The notes below the pieces were generated by a model. That model worked only from the letters and a program-made list of their open reading frames with translations, did no database searches and was not told the DNA's origin. The position numbers were made by a program, and so were the translations under genes. From assembly GCF_041146345.1 (NCBI RefSeq), contig NW_027191402.1:310001-374000 (forward strand): DNA of 64,000 nucleotides, in the 5' to 3' direction. Positions 62,319 through 64,000 of the stretch are shown here, in pieces (within the stretch, counting starts at the first letter, position 1; every line of letters begins with the position of its first letter). The stretch comes from Neodothiora populina. Lineage: Eukaryota.

Positions 62319-63195
62319 ATGACCATGGACTGGGTGGGCCTCCTGATCCCCCTGGCCTACCTCTCCATCCTGATCGGCTCGCTCGCAACCTTCAGCTCTC
62401 TATACCGCAAGCGCAAGGCCGCCAACTCGGCCTCCCTAGAGCCCTGGTTCCCCCCTCACCTGCAACGCAACGTCTACCTCTCCCTGCTGCACCTCGACCC
62501 CTCGGACCCATCCTCGACGCCCGACGACGCAGACAAGTCACTCAGCAAGATCCCGGACTCGATCATCAAGGCGGCGCTGCTGCGCCGCGCAGTCGAGGAC
62601 ATCCACCGCATCATCCAGGTGCGCAACGCCAAGCCTGCTCTCCAGACGCTGTTGCAGCGGGGCAGTGTCGGCGACGAGCTGTGGCAGCGCTTCCAGCGTG
62701 CGGAAAAGGAGATCGAGGACGAGGTCAAGGATGTCGTCGAAGAGGTATGCTTTTCTCCTTTTCTTTCTGCTCCGTTTTCCCTTCTCTGTTCTCATATGAC
62801 TGACATTCGAGTGCAAAAAGGCAAACGCGCTCGCCCCGGGCTGGGGCCAAATCATCTTCCAGTCCGCCAACGAAATCGCCAACAACCAGCTGGCCAAACA
62901 GCGCATGTCCGAGATCGCATCCCAGCTGCCCGCGGAGAAGACCTGGTGGGACGCCCGCAAGGAGAACATTTCTTCCGGCTTCATGAAAGAGCTCGAAGAC
63001 GAGGAACAGCAACAGCAGCAACATGGCAGGAACGGATCCGTCGTCTCGACCGCTTCTGTCGCTGCGTCTTCTGCGATGCCGGCTACGCCTACGAAGGGAG
63101 GTAGTGATGATGACGCTGTGCTTGTCGAGGCTGCACCGCAGCCGCCGGGGAGTGCGTCGAAGAAGAGGAACAAGAAGAACAAGGCGTCGTCGTAG
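62319..63195 (+). CDS. SEC66: ER translocation protein Sec66/Sec71; exons 62319-62744, 62821-63195
   Basis: N-terminal TM, FSSLYRKRK, WFPPHLQRNVYLSL, KAALLRRAVEDI and EEANALAPGWG. Confidence 0.9.
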
Positions 63196-63790
63196 TAGCA
63201 GCATGATCGATTCTTCTCCAAGGAGTTTTCGTCAAAGGAATCGCATGATTTCTTCCTCTTGTTTCTCCTCTTTCTTGTTCGTCACGGCTTACCTGGCTCT
63301 CTCTTTGAACAAGGGTTCCTGGCTACGGAGGTCACGCATGGCATTTTACACGGCCTGTCTGCCTACCTAGAAATGCAAAACAATTCATTGACATATTTAC
63401 CGTTCATAGTCTTCTGATACCGGAGAGTTTTGAACAAAACGGAAGACATCTGGTTTTTTTCTGGTATCTAGACGAAACGCAACACCTACAGAAAACAAAA
63501 GATTGGTTGGGACGAAGGCGAACCACGCTGCTGCTGTTGCTGCTGTCACTACTGCTGCGCACCGCGCACTGTCCGTTTGTGATATCTCGGCATATCTGCT
63601 TGTTACCCGCTTCATTGAGACAAGAAACAAGGACCGAGAGGGAAGATAAATGCGAGAAGGGAAGAAATGTTGTCAATTCGCCTGGTGCCCCTATGTGGCT
63701 TCTTTCGTCAAGCCATCTGACCGAAAGAAAGACAAAGAAAAAGAAGAAGAAACGCTTCGTTAATTAGACCCCTGAAATAAAAGACTCCCT

Positions 63791-64000
63791 TCACACCCCT
63801 CCCCTCGGCGCCTGATTCCACCTCTTCAGCATCCTCGGCGTGGCATTCACAGTGACGAATTTACTGCTCTTGGGCTCGTAGAAGCCCTGCACGTCGAACG
63901 TCATGACCGCCCTGCTGCCCTTGACCTGGATCAGGCCTTGCACGATGAAAGTGCCGCGCGGAGGCTCCATCTTCTTCGGCATCCAGTCTTTGGCCAGCGT
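63791..64000 (-). CDS. 3' end of a conserved hypothetical protein (truncated by the window edge)
   Basis: Open frame to the edge with coding-like codon usage: EPPRGTFIVQGLIQVKG..FDVQGFYEPK. Confidence 0.65.
   Translation of the reverse strand, partial: TLAKDWMPKKMEPPRGTFIVQGLIQVKGSRAVMTFDVQGFYEPKSSKFVTVNATPRMLKRWNQAPRGGV

Noticed and set aside
1..64000. tRNA, rRNA, snRNA, transposon, RIP-degraded block or CRISPR array
   Set aside because: No cloverleaf context around GTTCGA hits, no terminal repeats or transposase/RT motifs, no long AT-rich block and no spacer array seen by eye. Intronic snoRNAs cannot be excluded without an Infernal/Rfam search.

Overview
Gene-dense, intron-containing eukaryotic DNA from a filamentous ascomycete (Pezizomycotina; Dothideomycete-like by protein style, which is inference). 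I reconstructed about 25 protein-coding genes by reading splice sites: a tyrosine phosphatase, a GT25 glycosyltransferase, a mitochondrial PPR-like protein, COX7, a lipocalin-like protein, a TALE homeobox factor, an RfeG-like protein, a GPI-anchored protein, a molybdate transporter, RTF1, the bZIP factor AtfA/Atf1, SPC98/GCP3, a WKF protein, proteasome alpha-1, U1C, AP-3 mu, COX9, NPL4, SEC66 and several hypothetical proteins. I saw no tRNA, rRNA, transposon or CRISPR. The main signals are in splicing. (1) The U1 snRNP protein C gene gives its conserved MPKFFCDYCD start only through a U2-type AT-AC intron followed by a 6-nt microexon, with competing decoy GT-AG paths, which is a candidate splice-fidelity autoregulatory sensor. 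(2) NPL4 encodes its last helix twice, so intron retention versus splicing yields isoforms without or with a bipartite NLS. Lesser items are a GC-AG intron in SPC98, a cryptic paralogous exon in COX7, a self-complementary 510-nt intron in COX9, and an apparent frameshift in AP-3 mu. All family assignments are from motif recognition, with no database search.
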